A DNA stretch of 63,982 nucleotides, the filler included, from Octopus bimaculoides (lineage: Eukaryota): NCBI RefSeq assembly GCF_001194135.2. It is 6 parts of 5 records of this genome, joined end to end, with 100 filler letters (N's around TTAATTAATTAA, not from the genome) between each part and the next. Parts side by side here need not be neighbours in the genome. Positions count along the whole stretch, not along the records: positions 22,208 to 31,318 come from NC_068993.1; positions 31,419 to 44,199 come from NC_068987.1; 4 more parts are not named here. One strand, written 5' to 3'. Made by a program: the position numbers and the translations under genes. Position 1 is the first letter of the stretch, and each line of letters opens with the position of its first letter. Below are positions 23,421-37,342 of the stretch, in pieces. The notes under the pieces were generated by a model. The model saw only the letters and a list, made by a program, of their open reading frames with translations, made no database searches and was not told where the DNA came from.

Positions 23421-26362
23421 AAATGACCGACGGATGATGAGATATACGAGAATCTTGATTAATATAGACAATAATTTCGATACATCTAGTATCGATCCCT
23501 CATGGTTGGGGCACTTAAAACCTGGTTCAGGAGTATCCGGCGGTGCAGATATGTCATATTGGGTAATAGATAGATAAAATTCGTTAAAATAATATTTCTG
23601 AAATGTGCCTTCTTATTTCGTAGAAAGACAAACAGTAAAACGAAGGAAATATCTTCATTTTTATAGAAGATCAAAAATAAAATCGCAGATGCAAAAACGA
23701 AATGAACACGCAATACAGCGAGAAAAGTATTAAAAATAACCGTTAACAGATATGAACGTATAAATGCCTCGCGCAAGTGCCATGGCGCATGAAGACTCGC
23801 TCATACAAGCATCCACGAAAATGTAAGCATACGCACACGTGTGGCTTGGTGCACTCACGATCAGAAAGCGAGTTAAATTTCTACTTGGTGTTTATAAGAA
23901 TGGGGATCTTAAAGCTAAACTTAATTTATTTATACGTTTAAGTAAATAATATTAACAGTTATCCAAAATCATTGCTACTGCATTGTGCGAAAGTATATTT
24001 GTATGCGTGTAGGCATCTTGAGAGTCTTTCAGAAATTCTATTAATTATATTCTCATTGGTCCACAGAATAGACAGGGGTTCCTCGGAGCAGATTCATCAT
24101 CTAGAGATCATATTGTATGGTTTTGCGTGCCTTACTATGGACCTAGTTATGCTATTCTTAATTTCATCTTCCTTCAGATTGATTAATAAATATATTTATA
24201 CATACATGTGTATAACACCTAAGATTAATGTAAAATCGTTTGAATTATAATAGAACATAAAAAACAAACATCAGTATATACATACACATCTTTAGGATTC
24301 CCTTTCCCAATATTATTTCTTTCTCTATATTATCACTTTCATTTTGTTATTATAATTATTTTACGTGTGACTATGTTCTTCAATGAGCTCTATTTTACAT
24401 CATTGCAGATATTTTCGTTTAAAGCTAATATTGCCTGAATTCAGAACTGTCATTGTTTGATTTTTTGTTTTCCTGTCAAGGGAAATTCGTCGTAAGGTTT
24501 GAATTTGAGACGAGAATTGAATGAAGGAAATGCTGCAGAACTGTTAATCAGTCTTTTTGCATCCGACCATTTTGTGTTTTGAACATTTGTGCGTTAATCT
24601 TTATCTTTTGTCAAATTTGTGGTAGACATTCAATAATTATCATATACCGAAACCAAAACTGAGTAAAATCTTCTATTATCGAAATCAGGACTTCAAAGAT
24701 TGTTTTAGCTTTTCTTTCTCAAATTAAACAAAATAGTTCACGTTTTTCTTATCTCACTTCCATCTATAACTTTCTTCCAAGTTTCATTCTCGTCATCCAC
24801 ACTCTCCTTGCACAACTAATTTTTTTCCTCCCAGGCCCCACCTGTCGTTGTTATTATCGTTTAATGTTGCTCATTCAAAAAGTTTTTTCATAAAGATTAT
24901 CTTTAGCTGTATTTAATTGTTTGTCTTTGGAAATTGAAAAGAAATTTTCATGAAAATGTCAAACAGTATTTAGATGAATGAGTGTATTAACGAAACTGTA
25001 ATTAAATTTTCCGTCCTATTTCCAGTAATGGTATTTGTATTGATCTAATGATAAATGTATTTTAAGCAATCGATGAACATATTGCTTTCGATAGATATTT
25101 CATAGAAAGTGTATTCAATAATTATAAATATTATGTACATACCTTATAAAAGATATACCCTCACCAAAAAAATCCATTTTAGATGGGGCCATGCTGTTAT
25201 AGATTGGATGTACTTCAATACTCTTGTTTAAACAATTACTTTGTTTTCTTTCGGTTAACCCAACTATAAACGTCTCTGTGTATGGTATGCTTAGCAAATC
25301 ATCCATATAGTTTCCATTAGCAGGAAATCATGTAGTTCTCCGTTGTGTTTATTTTCACTCTATATGCACATCCGCAATTCTAACATTAATAAATATCCTT
25401 TAGTGATGCTATTCTTCCGGAATTTTATATTTTTGTCTTTGTTAGGTTTAGTTTGAAAACGCAATACTGGAAAGGGAATGTGGACTGAAATGCAATAATG
25501 TGGCATTTCTATTAGTCTTGAAAACTCAGTGATCTATAGTAATAAAAAGATAGACATTTAACAGTTATATTAGAAACATTTATCACTTTGAAGGTTCATT
25601 ACTTTTCATATTATTTAATATCATGTATGCACAATGGAACACTATTTAAATTACAGTATATTTATAAATAACTTTGTAAGTTTACAAACCGATTGACACT
25701 AATTTATTATTTTTTTGTTCACTTCTTAATTATTTCGTTTAAACTTTTCCTCGCAACACTACAATCAGGAACTGAACCAATAACAACGACGCAGTGGCGC
25801 GACGAAAATTTTCACTTTACGAAATAAACCAAAATTTAATATAATTGTTTTGATGTGATTTTAGACAAACTTACTCCCCAGCAATATATTTACTTCAACA
25901 TATGATTAATTCACTCAAGTACAGCTCTAACTGATTATTTATTACTTAATTAATTCTAACCCCTTTGATATAAGACAATTGATTTTGTTTTTCTCTCTAT
26001 GAATTAGAAAGTTTCTTCAGTATTTCTTCAATATACGCTATTAATTTCACCAGTATATTTTTGTTCAGCACTATACATAGACAGATATAAACACTTAGTC
26101 TTGGATTGTGGATAGAAAAAAAAAAGGGAAAATTCGGAATACTTTTAATTATGAGTTCGGCTTTCTCAGGCTATCTACATTTACCTTTAAAGACCTAGCC
26201 AATTCATATGACCTCTCTTCTTCTGTACAGAAATATATTGTATTGAAATACAAGGTGCTTTCATGTGTTTACATATACAGTGCAGGCTACAAAATTATTA
26301 CTATATTCTGTAGTACACTACAGTATCGAAATAATACTTTTAATGCATCTGCAATGTATTTA

Positions 26363-26578
26363 CGAGTGGCTGCTGAAAAGTTCCTGGCTTGCGTAAAGGA
26401 AAATACAGGAGGATCAGTTAATTATGATCTTATTCAACATATTCCCCTCGCAGATTCACTCACTTACTGCAGCGGTCCTTCAGTTTTTCTAAACCTTGTC
26501 AAAAACCTCGGAAGGTTGGCCCTCCAATCAGGCCTTTCGAGGTACCCCTAAAGCCAAGAAGTGTTCAGCACCACCGCG
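26363..26578. mobile_element. Mariner-type MITE (about 216 bp)
   Basis: TA-flanked TIRs cgagtggctgctgaaaagttcctggctt / aagccaagaagtgttcagcaccaccgcg; no coding interior. Confidence 0.8.
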
Positions 26579-26849
26579 TATGTACTTACAGTGATATTAG
26601 TTTCGAATCTGTAGAAGGTGCAGGCACGGATGTGTGGTTCACTTTGCAATCACGTGGTTTGGGATGCAGTCCCACTGCGCGGTACCTAGAACAAATAGTG
26701 AGGGATTGTCAATCTGGGCAAAATACCTAATAAGCTGTCTGTTGGTACACCAGGCTAACAATATTACTGAAAGTAATCTTTTGCTAGGATTCAAAATTAT
26801 GGCTCATCACAATTCTAAATTGTAAATCGGTGGGTGGGCTTAAGATAAA

Positions 26850-27302
26850 CTGGTTTTTACAGAGTGAAGAAAGCAATACTTCTTGAAGACATTGGGGATA
26901 AGGGACGAGGAGTGGATCGTCTATAGCAATATAAAATGCAAACGATCATGAAGGAAGTGCGGCGAACCACGACAATCAACCTCCATACAAGGACTTTACC
27001 CAATGAAAGTTATGCCTTTAATGTTGTGGAATTGGAAAGATGTCTTTTACGATCTTCTTCCCACGAACAAGACCATCAATTCGGATGTGTACTGTGGCCT
27101 GCCGGACAAATCAAACACGGTGGTTCATCAGAGCGTCCACAGCTTGCTACTTGTAAAGGGTATTGTCGTTCATGACAATACCGTTCAATGCCAGGCCGCG
27201 CACTTTTTGCAGGCTCGACAGAAGATACTGGGAATTGACTTGGAAATTTTGCCATACACCCTCCATATTCATCTGATATTGCGCTTTCAGATTTCATCCT
27301 GT
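26850..27302 (+). pseudogene. Mariner transposase catalytic-domain fragment
   Basis: GDEEWIVYSNIK...GLYPMKVM...TINSDVYC...HDN...HPPYSSDIALSDFH across frameshifts. Confidence 0.85.
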
Positions 27303-27487
27303 AAAATTTCTAGCATAAGCACACACACACACATGCACGTGTGTATGTGCATGTGTGTGTTTGTTTGTATGTGTGTATGTGTGTGTGTGTCTGTATGTGT
27401 GCGCTCGACATTATATATATATATATATATATATATTAATAAATCATAGGGCACCCAAAAAAATTTTTGAAATTTTATTTACCAACA

Positions 27488-27558
<71 letters not shown>

Positions 27559-27639
27559 TGTGTGTGTGTGTGTGTGTGTACATTAAGAGACTTGTTGGAA
27601 AATCTGACTGATACTATTTGCATATGAAGTTTTGTATGT

Positions 27640-27800
27640 GCTTTGAGAATGTGAAAGAATGTTCCGCGTATATATTCACGGAAAATTTTATTAATGTAGA
27701 TATGTTGTTTTTCTAAACTTCTTAAGTTTGCCAATGTACGGGTTTGGTTAGTATTATTAGTATCCAGCGCAGTATTTTTACCTCTTATTATACGTATGGT
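27640..27800 (-). pseudogene. Possible highly decayed Naiad-like GIY-YIG remnant
   Basis: Minus reading PYIGKLKKFRKTTYLH**NF loosely parallels AYIGSTKHFKQRYAAHLHSF of the Naiad ORF; several stops. Confidence 0.3.
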
Positions 27801-28337
27801 GAGTATTTCATGAATAAATGGATAGCCCTTATTTGAGAGTTGAGTGTAGTGGTGAGTAGCTTTAGAGTTTACAGTAATTTCAATATTGTGATAGCTGAGT
27901 ATAATGGGGAATAATCTGAGTGTGGAGTTGTGGTCTGAACTGGTTTGTGAATCGAATACTTAGAGATTTGGCGGAAATGTATTATGACATGTATCCTTGC
28001 TGTACCTATCTTGTCTTGGACGGTTAATAACAATTTTCATCCACTTGGTTAGCTAGCATCAGACATCACCGCTTTTCCTTTATATATCTGCTCAAATCTC
28101 TCTCAGAGAATTAAAATCTGCTTACAATCATTGATTATTCATTACTTTTTATTACCTGATTCTAAACTCTCTCTAAGTATGTTGATAATTTTCACTCTTA
28201 TTCTATTCACTCCCATCAATCTTCTATGAAAAACATACAACTGTCTAAAGACTCTTATGATTGCTCTCAAACACTCAAACTTCCATTGTTTTGAAATTGC
28301 ATATGAATTTTGCAGTCTTAAATTGTACATACATACA

Positions 28338-28402
<65 letters not shown>

Positions 28403-28779
28403 NNNNNNNNNNNNNNNNNNNNNNNNNNNNNNNNNNNNNNNNNNNNNNNNNNNNNNNNNNNNNNNNNNNNNNNNNNNNNNNNNNNNNNNNNNNNNNNNNN
28501 NNNNNNNNNNNNNNNNNNNNNNNNNNNNNNNNNNNNNNNNNNNNNNNNNNNNNNNNNNNNNNNNNNNNNNNNNNNNNNNNNNNNNNNNNNNNNNNNNNNN
28601 NNNNNNNNNNNNNNNNNNNNNNNNNNNNNNNNNNNNNNNNNNNNNNNNNNNNNNNNNNNNNNNNNNNNNNNNNNNNNNNNNNNNNNNNNNNNNNNNNNNN
28701 NNNNNNNNNNNNNNNNNNNNNNNNNNNNNNNNNNNNNNNNNNNNNNNNNNNNNNNNNNNNNNNNNNNNNNNNNNNNNNN

Positions 28780-28846
<67 letters not shown>

Positions 28847-29727
28847 CGAGTTCTGATCAATAAATATCTAGGCTTTTGCTAAAGTAAGAAAGCTAAATCA
28901 CGCAGAGTGAATTCGCTGAACAAAAATTTACCCTGAATTCTGCTGTGCATGCGCACTAAGTTTTCACGTTCTAGCTCATTTCTGTTGTTTACAGCAGTAT
29001 TTGGTAGGAAGATGTGTAGCATGTCGTCGCATTGACCATGACACAGAAAGTTGCTGTAGTGATAACTGCTCAGAGGCCTACACAAAGTCGCAGAAAGTGT
29101 ATGGAGAGGAGTGTATGAGATGCACACAAATGTATGAGTGTTTCAGACCTTTTTAAGATGGCCAAAAAAAATGTCGAGATTGACGAGCGTTCTGGGAGAC
29201 CCGCAACCAGTGTAACTGAGAAAAACATCGCAGATGTGTGTGCAGCTGTGAGGGGAAATCGTCGAACCACACTCCGTAAGTTATCAGAGGATGTGCAGAT
29301 TAATTATAGTTCAGTTCAGTGTATTATCGCTGAAAATTAGGGTATGAGACGCGTGTCTGCCAAGTTTGTTCTAAAACTGCTTTCAGTTGACCAGAAAGAC
29401 ACTCGGGTTTCAATTGCAAAAAGATCTTGACTGTGCTAAGAACGATGAAAGCTTATTGAAAAATTGCGTAGGCTTTTGAGCAGCTATCACCAAGTTTTTA
29501 GCAAACTTTGAGACAGATTCTCTGCTCAACTTTCCCTGTCACGTTCACCACACGCTACACACTTTCTTTCCAAGCACCGCTATAAACAGTGGAAGTGAGC
29601 TAAAATGTTAAACCTTAGTGCGCATGCACAGCAGAGTCCGTGGTCAATCTGTGTCAAGCAACTTCACTCTACGTGATTTAGCTTCCTTACTATGGCAACT
29701 GTCAGGATACTTATTGATCAGACTACG
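28847..29727. mobile_element. Non-autonomous mariner built from two inverted 5' halves
   Basis: TA-flanked. Plus strand encodes DERSGRPATSVTEKNIADV...GMRRVSAKFVLKLL; the right about 270 bp is an inverted 5' end encoding EQRICLKVC*KLGDSCSKAY. Confidence 0.85.
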
Positions 29728-29781
<54 letters not shown>

Positions 29782-31419
29782 NNNNNNNNNNNNNNNNNNN
29801 NNNNNNNNNNNNNNNNNNNNNNNNNNNNNNNNNNNNNNNNNNNNNNNNNNNNNNNNNNNNNNNNNNNNNNNNNNNNNNNNNNNNNNNNNNNNNNNNNNNN
29901 NNNNNNNNNNNNNNNNNNNNNNNNNNNNNNNNNNNNNNNNNNNNNNNNNNNNNNNNNNNNNNNNNNNNNNNNNNNNNNNNNNNNNNNNNNNNNNNNNNNN
30001 NNNNNNNNNNNNNNNNNNNNNNNNNNNNNNNNNNNNNNNNNNNNNNNNNNNNNNNNNNNNNNNNNNNNNNNNNNNNNNNNNNNNNNNNNNNNNNNNNNNN
30101 NNNNNNNNNNNNNNNNNNNNNNNNNNNNNNNNNNNNNNNNNNNNNNNNNNNNNNNNNNNNNNNNNNNNNNNNNNNNNNNNNNNNNNNNNNNNNNNNNNNN
30201 NNNNNNNNNNNNNNNNNNNNNNNNNNNNNNNNNNNNNNNNNNNNNNNNNNNNNNNNNNNNNNNNNNNNNNNNNNNNNNNNNNNNNNNNNNNNNNNNNNNN
30301 NNNNNNNNNNNNNNNNNNNNNNNNNNNNNNNNNNNNNNNNNNNNNNNNNNNNNNNNNNNNNNNNNNNNNNNNNNNNNNNNNNNNNNNNNNNNNNNNNNNN
30401 NNNNNNNNNNNNNNNNNNNNNNNNNNNNNNNNNNNNNNNNNNNNNNNNNNNNNNNNNNNNNNNNNNNNNNNNNNNNNNNNNNNNNNNNNNNNNNNNNNNN
30501 NNNNNNNNNNNNNNNNNNNNNNNNNNNNNNNNNNATATATATATATATATATATATATAGTATATATATGTATTTATGTATATATATATATGTATATTAT
30601 TTATGCTATTATATGATCGAACGCCACACATCCATTTCCAAGTAAGTTTTATCTTAATAATTCCGATGTGCACTCTACAACCATCTCTATTCTATCTCCT
30701 TCTCTTGTTCTTCATCCTTTCTATTTTCCTCTCCCACCCTTTCTCTCATTCTGTTCTTCTGCCCTTCACTGTTCTCGTTCTCTCCCTCTCTCTCCCTCAC
30801 TCTTCCTCCTTGTCTCTCTTGTTACTCACACGTGACCAACGGCTTTCTTTCTTCCACTTCCTTACAAAAGACAAGACGTGGTTTTGCCTGTCTCTTCTCA
30901 AAGCTCGTTTCTCTAGCGTTCACTAGTTCACCTCTTTATGGCTTAACAGCTCTTACCGTTTGTTTTTACTGATTTGTTCTCACCGTCCTGTTTTTGTTAC
31001 CAATTTAACCCTCCATAAACCCCAATCTTTTAAAATTTACTTTGCGGGAATGACTGTCTTAACGAAGTTGCGACTTGTCCCTATGTTCGAAACGCGGAGT
31101 AGATAAAAGAGGGGACAGCTGAGGAAGGGAATGTTCTTTATGTTGCCTGTCTCGTTTCTCTATTTGTTTCTTTCGTTGTTCGAAAAACGTTTTTTCCATG
31201 TGTTTGTTTTTTATGTAATCGTTTCTCATTTTGGTCACGTTTTTTTGACATCCTGTACCCATATATGCATGTATGTATAGATGCATATATATTATTTATA
31301 TTATACATATATATATATNNNNNNNNNNNNNNNNNNNNNNNNNNNNNNNNNNNNNNNNNNNNTTAATTAATTAANNNNNNNNNNNNNNNNNNNNNNNNNN
31401 NNNNNNNNNNNNNNNNNNC

Positions 31420-31980
31420 AGACCCCGAGCAGTTTAACTGGTCCGTCAGTGCAGCGTCCGACGAACGTCCGATGGCATCGACCTGCCTCTCTCGGAGACC
31501 AACCACAAACTCACAGATTTGCAGTCGTTTTATTTTTAGCCTTTGCAACCGACTTATTTTCCTTTAGGATAGTGCCAATCGTCTCCACTTCGGAGGCATC
31601 CGACACCATGACGATGACGTCGTCCGTGTATGCCCACACTGCCCTTGCGTATCTCACCTCGAAGGGGATGTCTCTTAACTGTTCCAACTTACGCAGCAGT
31701 GGCTAAAGTGTCAATACCTAAAGAAGAGGCGAGAACGGCCGCCCTGAAGGACGGACGGAGCGTGCGATGCCAATCGGTTCCGATGGGTGACTATTTATCT
31801 TGACCACTGAACAGGTGCCGCTGTGCATTGCAGTGATACAGCCTTTGAAAACGGGTCCGAAACTGCCTGCTTTCAAGACGGCTTCTAAGTAGCGGTGGTC
31901 GATGAGCGATGGTCAATGGTCCAAATTGATCAGAGCACCCCCGAAGCCAGCTTTTGTCCCAGCCCTCCCAATGATGTATT
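31420..31980 (-). pseudogene. L1/Tx1-clade reverse transcriptase fragment
   Basis: GFGGALINLD...DHRYLEAVLKAGSFGPVF...SVVKINSHPSEP...RSVR.SGRPFSPLL*VLTL*PLLRKL...AYTDDV. Confidence 0.85.
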
Positions 31981-34139
31981 ACATAATAATAACCAATGAT
32001 GTTAAACACAAATATCTCATTCCAAAAATAGCAATAATAATAATAGGAAACATTATTAACGCATCCTTTTTACTATCTTCTCTTTTTTTAACACAGTACA
32101 GTGTTGTTGACCATTAACATATTTGTTTCCTCTGGTCATTTTCGCTGGATATGCCTGGATACGTCTATGCATTTGTTCCAATGAGCATTCTCATTAACCT
32201 CGAACATATCTATGTATGTTCCGCAAGATGCACTCTATTGTTTCGAGAAAGAAAACTCTTTGTGTATTTATCAAATTAAAATGCTACAGATAATAAATTT
32301 TAAATCAAGATCTGAGCAATACAGTGATTTGACGCCACCATGCTGAAATTCATCACAGCAACAACAAAGAAGTTGCAGGCACTCCGTGTGGTTATTAACA
32401 ATACCATCATTATAGGTTTCACCTTTACGGGAATATCTCCTTGGATATTCCAAGCGAGAATACTTCTGGACTTCGTTTAATCGATTCGTCTTGCCTTGAA
32501 GTTAGGGAATAAAAACATTAATAGTTTTGTAAACTACGTAAAGAGAAAGGAACTTGACTTATCCATCATTTTCTCTTGATGTATGGTCTAAAACTATGGG
32601 CTGCGAACGGTACTCAACTTGAGGAATTCTATAATACTTCTCATTAGGTTAGTAAGGATATTAAAATATTCTTAAACTAAAGAAACGTAACAAAGTGATT
32701 CTAAAGTGAAGCAGACTGGCCACTGGAGTTGATGATTTAGAATTCTAAGGAAAAGAAATAATACGGGAACTAGTTATATCACCCTTAGAAGAATATAAAC
32801 TCCTGTCCGTAAAAGTTATTAAAAATAATATTAAAATCTCATCACAATAGTAAGAATACTGTTTTATCAACACTTTTGCAAAAAGCAGATATGTTTAGCT
32901 ATGATATTGTACTAGAGACTTGCATTTGTTCTCCATCATCGAATGGTATTGGCAAAGCATCATTTGGTTTCTTTAACTCTCATTCCTAGTTGACTCCTTG
33001 TTCATTGCTTCTTGGAAGCGAAGACGACGAGATCGTATCTGACTTTTCAGAGGCTGTTATTGATTTGGAACTGAATACAAGAGCACCCCCTACCGCAATC
33101 ACCTAGCGTTTATGTTGTTATTGGTGTCGATCCTTTTCTTTCAGCTTCTTTAACCCTTCAATTAAGAAAACCCTTAAATGTCCGCTACAGCTACATGTAT
33201 AACAGCAGGAATTTCTCCACCACTATACTTAAAAGCCTTCTAGTACGGGGTACAGCTTCAGAAACATCTTTTAGTTTACGGGGATCATTCAGACTTGTAT
33301 TGTCATATACCTCCCATCTTACTACATATCCTTACGGTTCACATCAGGGTTCACATCAGCGTTCCATAATGAACTGCAAAATATGATAACAATCCATGAT
33401 ATTTCAGATATTTCTTTTTATCATATACTGCGGGAGTAGCCTAGGTACAGCCTCAGCTTGCTAAGCAGAAACACCAATAGTTGATACAGGTAGTTCATTG
33501 TATCCCGCACACAAGGAAAATTATATAAATAAAAAATTATTTCAATAGAAACCCACTACAAAGTAACAAAGTATCGCCTAGGAAAATAGAAAGAAGCAAA
33601 TGAAAATTGATTAGAGTAACAAGGGAACATTAAGAAACAAAAACAATACTCATACCTGTATATATATATATATATAAAGGAAAAGAGAGAGAGAAAGATN
33701 NNNNNNNNNNNNNNNNNNNNNNNNNNNNNNNNNNNNNNNNNNNNNNNNNNNNNNNNNNNNNNNNNNNNNNNNNNNNNNNNNNNNNNNNNNNNNNNNNNTA
33801 TATATATATATATATATATATAGCTGTATGTCTCTGTGCATATGTAAGCATAAGAAATCAATTAAGTACAAATTAGAAATTAACAACATCAAAGTAAGAG
33901 CTTCGGATAAGGACAATGAAACGGAAAAATACTTTCAAAAAAGCAACTAAGTCAAAACAAAATTTGAATATATAATAAAGAAAATGTGACGAGAAAAGCT
34001 ACTCGAGTAATATTCGACAGATAGATTGTAAGCCAGATTGAAAAAGTTAACAATGGTTTAAAAGCTTTGAGATAAAAGCGGAAACGCAAGATCCTATATT
34101 AGTTTTCACAGGACAAATACCTGATCACAAATATAGAAT

Positions 34140-34720
34140 AATAAAACGCAGGTGGAGACGTTCAAGTATCTCGGGGCTATTTTCACAAAAGATGAAAGGC
34201 AGAAAGCTGAATTAAGAGCGAGAGTTGCAGAAGCTGATACAGTAATGTACCAAATTCATCATTACCTTAGGTGTAAAAGCTAAAGTTGTTATCTTCAATT
34301 CTCTGCTCATGCCTAACCTTAACTATGGTCATAAATCTTGGATAATGACAGAAAGAATACCATCGCGAATACAAATGGTCGAAGAGGAGAATAACGTTAC
34401 TCGATAGACTGCGTAGCTTGGAGATCAGATAGGCGATCCAGATATAGCCGCTACTTCTCCGAATTGAGGGATCACAGAAACGATAACACAGACATGTGGT
34501 ATGATTGTCTCGGGAAAGAATTATTAGACAGGATTTACTTAGTGCCGGAAGGGGAGAAAGCCAGTCGGTAGGATATCCAGAGTACACCACGAGAAAAATG
34601 GTTGGCTCGATTGGTTTCGCTTGGGGATCAATCCGGATCAATTAGGGACGATAGCTTCTGAAGAGACCCGATGGAAGACGTACTTGTAGACTCTGCTGCT
34701 ACGACCCTCCCAGGAATAAA
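34140..34720 (+). mobile_element. RTE-clade LINE, degraded 3' fragment
   Basis: QVETFKYLGAIFTKDE...ELRARVA...IFNSLLMPNLNYGHKSWIMTERI. Confidence 0.8.
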
Positions 34721-35064
34721 TTGGAGAAGATTATAATATGAGGTGAGAAATAGTCAAAAATATACTGTTGGTAGACAAGGTAGACTACGCAGTAATTAGA
34801 CATAAAAAAACAGCTCATTTATGTGTATATTCAAAAATATAAATTGTTGGTCGCTATGTCCATTGAAAATATGCTATTTCAAACTGAAATGAATATGAAG
34901 CGAGAACATGTGCAAGTCATTGAACATAGCGAAGTAATGACCACAATTGTATACCAAAAGCATGTCCTGAGTACCAAATATATAAAGACAAGCATTCTGG
35001 CTATAGTTATGGAAGACTGAAACGAAAATGTGTTACATTGTGAGTCATCTTATATCATTTATAC

Positions 35065-35232
35065 ATCTCGCACAATCAAGTCAAACGCATCATACATCCT
35101 GATTTCCCTATCGTTGAAGACTGTACATCGGCTAAATGCTTTTTATGGATTAAGTCTTTTTAGCATGACGGGCTTCCTTTCTGCTTTAAATTAATGTAAA
35201 CTTTTACAGAATTCAGTTTTTGATATAATTCC
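35065..35232 (+). repeat. Direct repeat copy 1 (about 165 bp)
   Basis: caatcaagtcaaacgcatcatacat...gctttaaattaatgtaaactttta recurs at 37182-37342. Confidence 0.85.
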
Positions 35233-35529
35233 ATTTTGATATAATTCCATTTTCTTTTTCAGACGTCCGGGTTAAGTTTCGATACATATTCGTATAACTG
35301 CAGCAATGACGCTAGTATATTAGAATATAGTATGTGAAGAAATAGCAAAGTTGGTTACAGATTTTTAATGATCCTACCAATGACCCGATACGTTGCTGAC
35401 AGCGACAGCAGCAACAAGGGTGAGTCTGTCATTCGATGCAGAACAAATGTCTCAAGATACTTCGTTCATAAAGCACCAATTATTTTTATTAGCTGCAACG
35501 ATGTTTATTTCCATCATTCACACACACAC

Positions 35530-35565
<36 letters not shown>

Positions 35566-35637
35566 CACACACACAACACACACACAAGAAACACACACAC
35601 ACAAGAACTCACACATCAACATTCACACGCAGAAATA

Positions 35638-36400
35638 CGCGAGCATACCTAAGAGAAACCTAAATTTTTCAGCATCATTTTATTCACTTAGTTTTACATG
35701 TTTACTCTTTTATCGCCTTCAAAGTATTCTCCATTTGAAGCAATGCATCGTTCCAGACGCGTTTTCCACTGTTGGAAGCAGTCCTAGAACTCTTGCGAAG
35801 TGATGCCTTTTAACACCTCCGTCGTTTTTTTGTTCTTTGTTTTTTGCTTTTTTTACCTCTTCCACATCTGCAGATTCCGTAACACCAGCTTTCATCACCA
35901 ATGATGACCTTCGAAAACAGATCCGGATCAATTTCCAACTGTTCGTTCTTTCCTTTCACGACACGCATTCAGTCGTGGTTGCTTTTGATCTCCTGTGAGC
36001 AAGCAAAACACAAATTTTGCTGCGCAACCATTTTCATTGGCGTTTTCTTCACTCAAAATTCGTTGGCAGGAGCTCCAGAACACACCAGGCATATCAACAA
36101 AATCGTCAATTGTTTGGTGACGGTCCTCCAAGATCAGCATATGAATTTTCACTATGTTTTCATTCGTTCAGGAGGTCGATGGACACCCTGAGCGAGATTG
36201 GTTTTCAGGCGACAAGAGACTATTCCTAAAGCGTGAGAACCACTCGCAAACTTTTGTTTTGCTTGCTCATGGCAGTATATTTCTAAGGGGTTAGAAGCAT
36301 GATAACTGTTTCGGCCGCCGTTTTCCTTAGCAGAAAGCAGAATTTCACGGAAGCACGCTGTTTCTATTGCTATAGCCAGGACTGTAAACTTACGCTGGCA
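35638..36400 (-). mobile_element. Mariner element with internal deletion
   Basis: Minus: ASVKFCFLLRKTAAETVIML...SRSGCPST...CAAKFV...KVIIGDESWCYG joined directly to DVEEVK...QQWKTRLERCIASNGEYFEGDK; TA plus TIR-like end at 35636. Confidence 0.85.
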
Positions 36401-36910
36401 AATAGATTTTATTCTATATATGTACTCTATATATTTAAAAACCGTTGGTATTATGCAAAAGTGTCGTAAGTCCAAAACATTGCTTTTTCAGAAAATGAAA
36501 AAATAGTTTCACCATTACCTTCCTTTTTACATTAGCAACAGTTTCAGCTTAACAATAATACTTTGTTAGGTACGTAAAATCGTAACTCCATGCACGTAGG
36601 ATATTTTCAGGCAGAAATATTTTTGCAAAACTGTCGTATGTGGGACTTACTACAATTATTATTTAAAACGGTTGGATTCTATGCGAATGTTTCTCAGGAC
36701 TCTAACAGAAGCCCGTATCTTTCAGGCTATCTATCTATATCTATCTATCTATCTACCTATCTATCTCTCTTTCTCTCTCTCTCTATAAATATATATATAA
36801 AAAGAGAGAGAGAAGGAGGGAGAGAGAGAGAGCGAGAGAGAGAGAGTGAGAGAGAGAGAGAGAGCGAGAGAAAGAGAAAGAGGGAGAGAGAGTGAGAGAG
36901 AGAGAGAAGG

Positions 36911-37115
36911 AGAGCTGGTAACTTCATTTACACACCGGTCAAGATGCTTAGATGCTTAGCGATAGTTCTTCCGATTTCTTTACGTTCTAAGTTCAAACTC
37001 CGCCGAAGTCAACTTTGCTTTCCATTGAGAAAATAAATAGAAGTTGAGCACTAGGGTCGATATAATTAACTAGCCCTCTCCCTCAAATTTCATGCCTTGT
37101 GCTTATATTAGAAAC
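36911..37115 (+). mobile_element. SINE family C, diverged copy
   Basis: gagctggtaac...gttctaagttcaaactccgccgaagtcaactttgc...gttgagcactagggtcgat. Confidence 0.75.
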
Positions 37116-37181
37116 GACCATCACTGCTGTTGTTTGAGAGATAAAACGACCGTCAATACTCAATTAATACGTTATATGTAT

Positions 37182-37342
37182 ATCTCACACAATCAAGTCA
37201 AACGCATCATACATTCCGATCTCCTTATCGTTGGAGACTACATTTTTGGCAAAATGTTCTTTATGGTTTAAGTCTTTTTATCATTACAGGCTTCCTTTTT
37301 GCTTTAAATTAATGTAAACTTTTATAGAATTTTGATATAATT
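37182..37342 (+). repeat. Direct repeat copy 2
   Basis: Homologous to 35065-35232. Confidence 0.85.

Noticed and set aside
23415-23577. Slightly GC-richer island that could be an exon
   Set aside because: No frame gives a recognisable protein; cannot be supported without RNA-seq or homology.
25115-25306. Minus-strand ORF ending near a gtatgt donor-like site
   Set aside because: In-frame stop just upstream, no good acceptor and no homology recognised.
30690-31260. Possible Penelope terminal repeat with CTGAGGA at about 31119
   Set aside because: No GAAA box at a position closing stem II; family not identifiable by eye.
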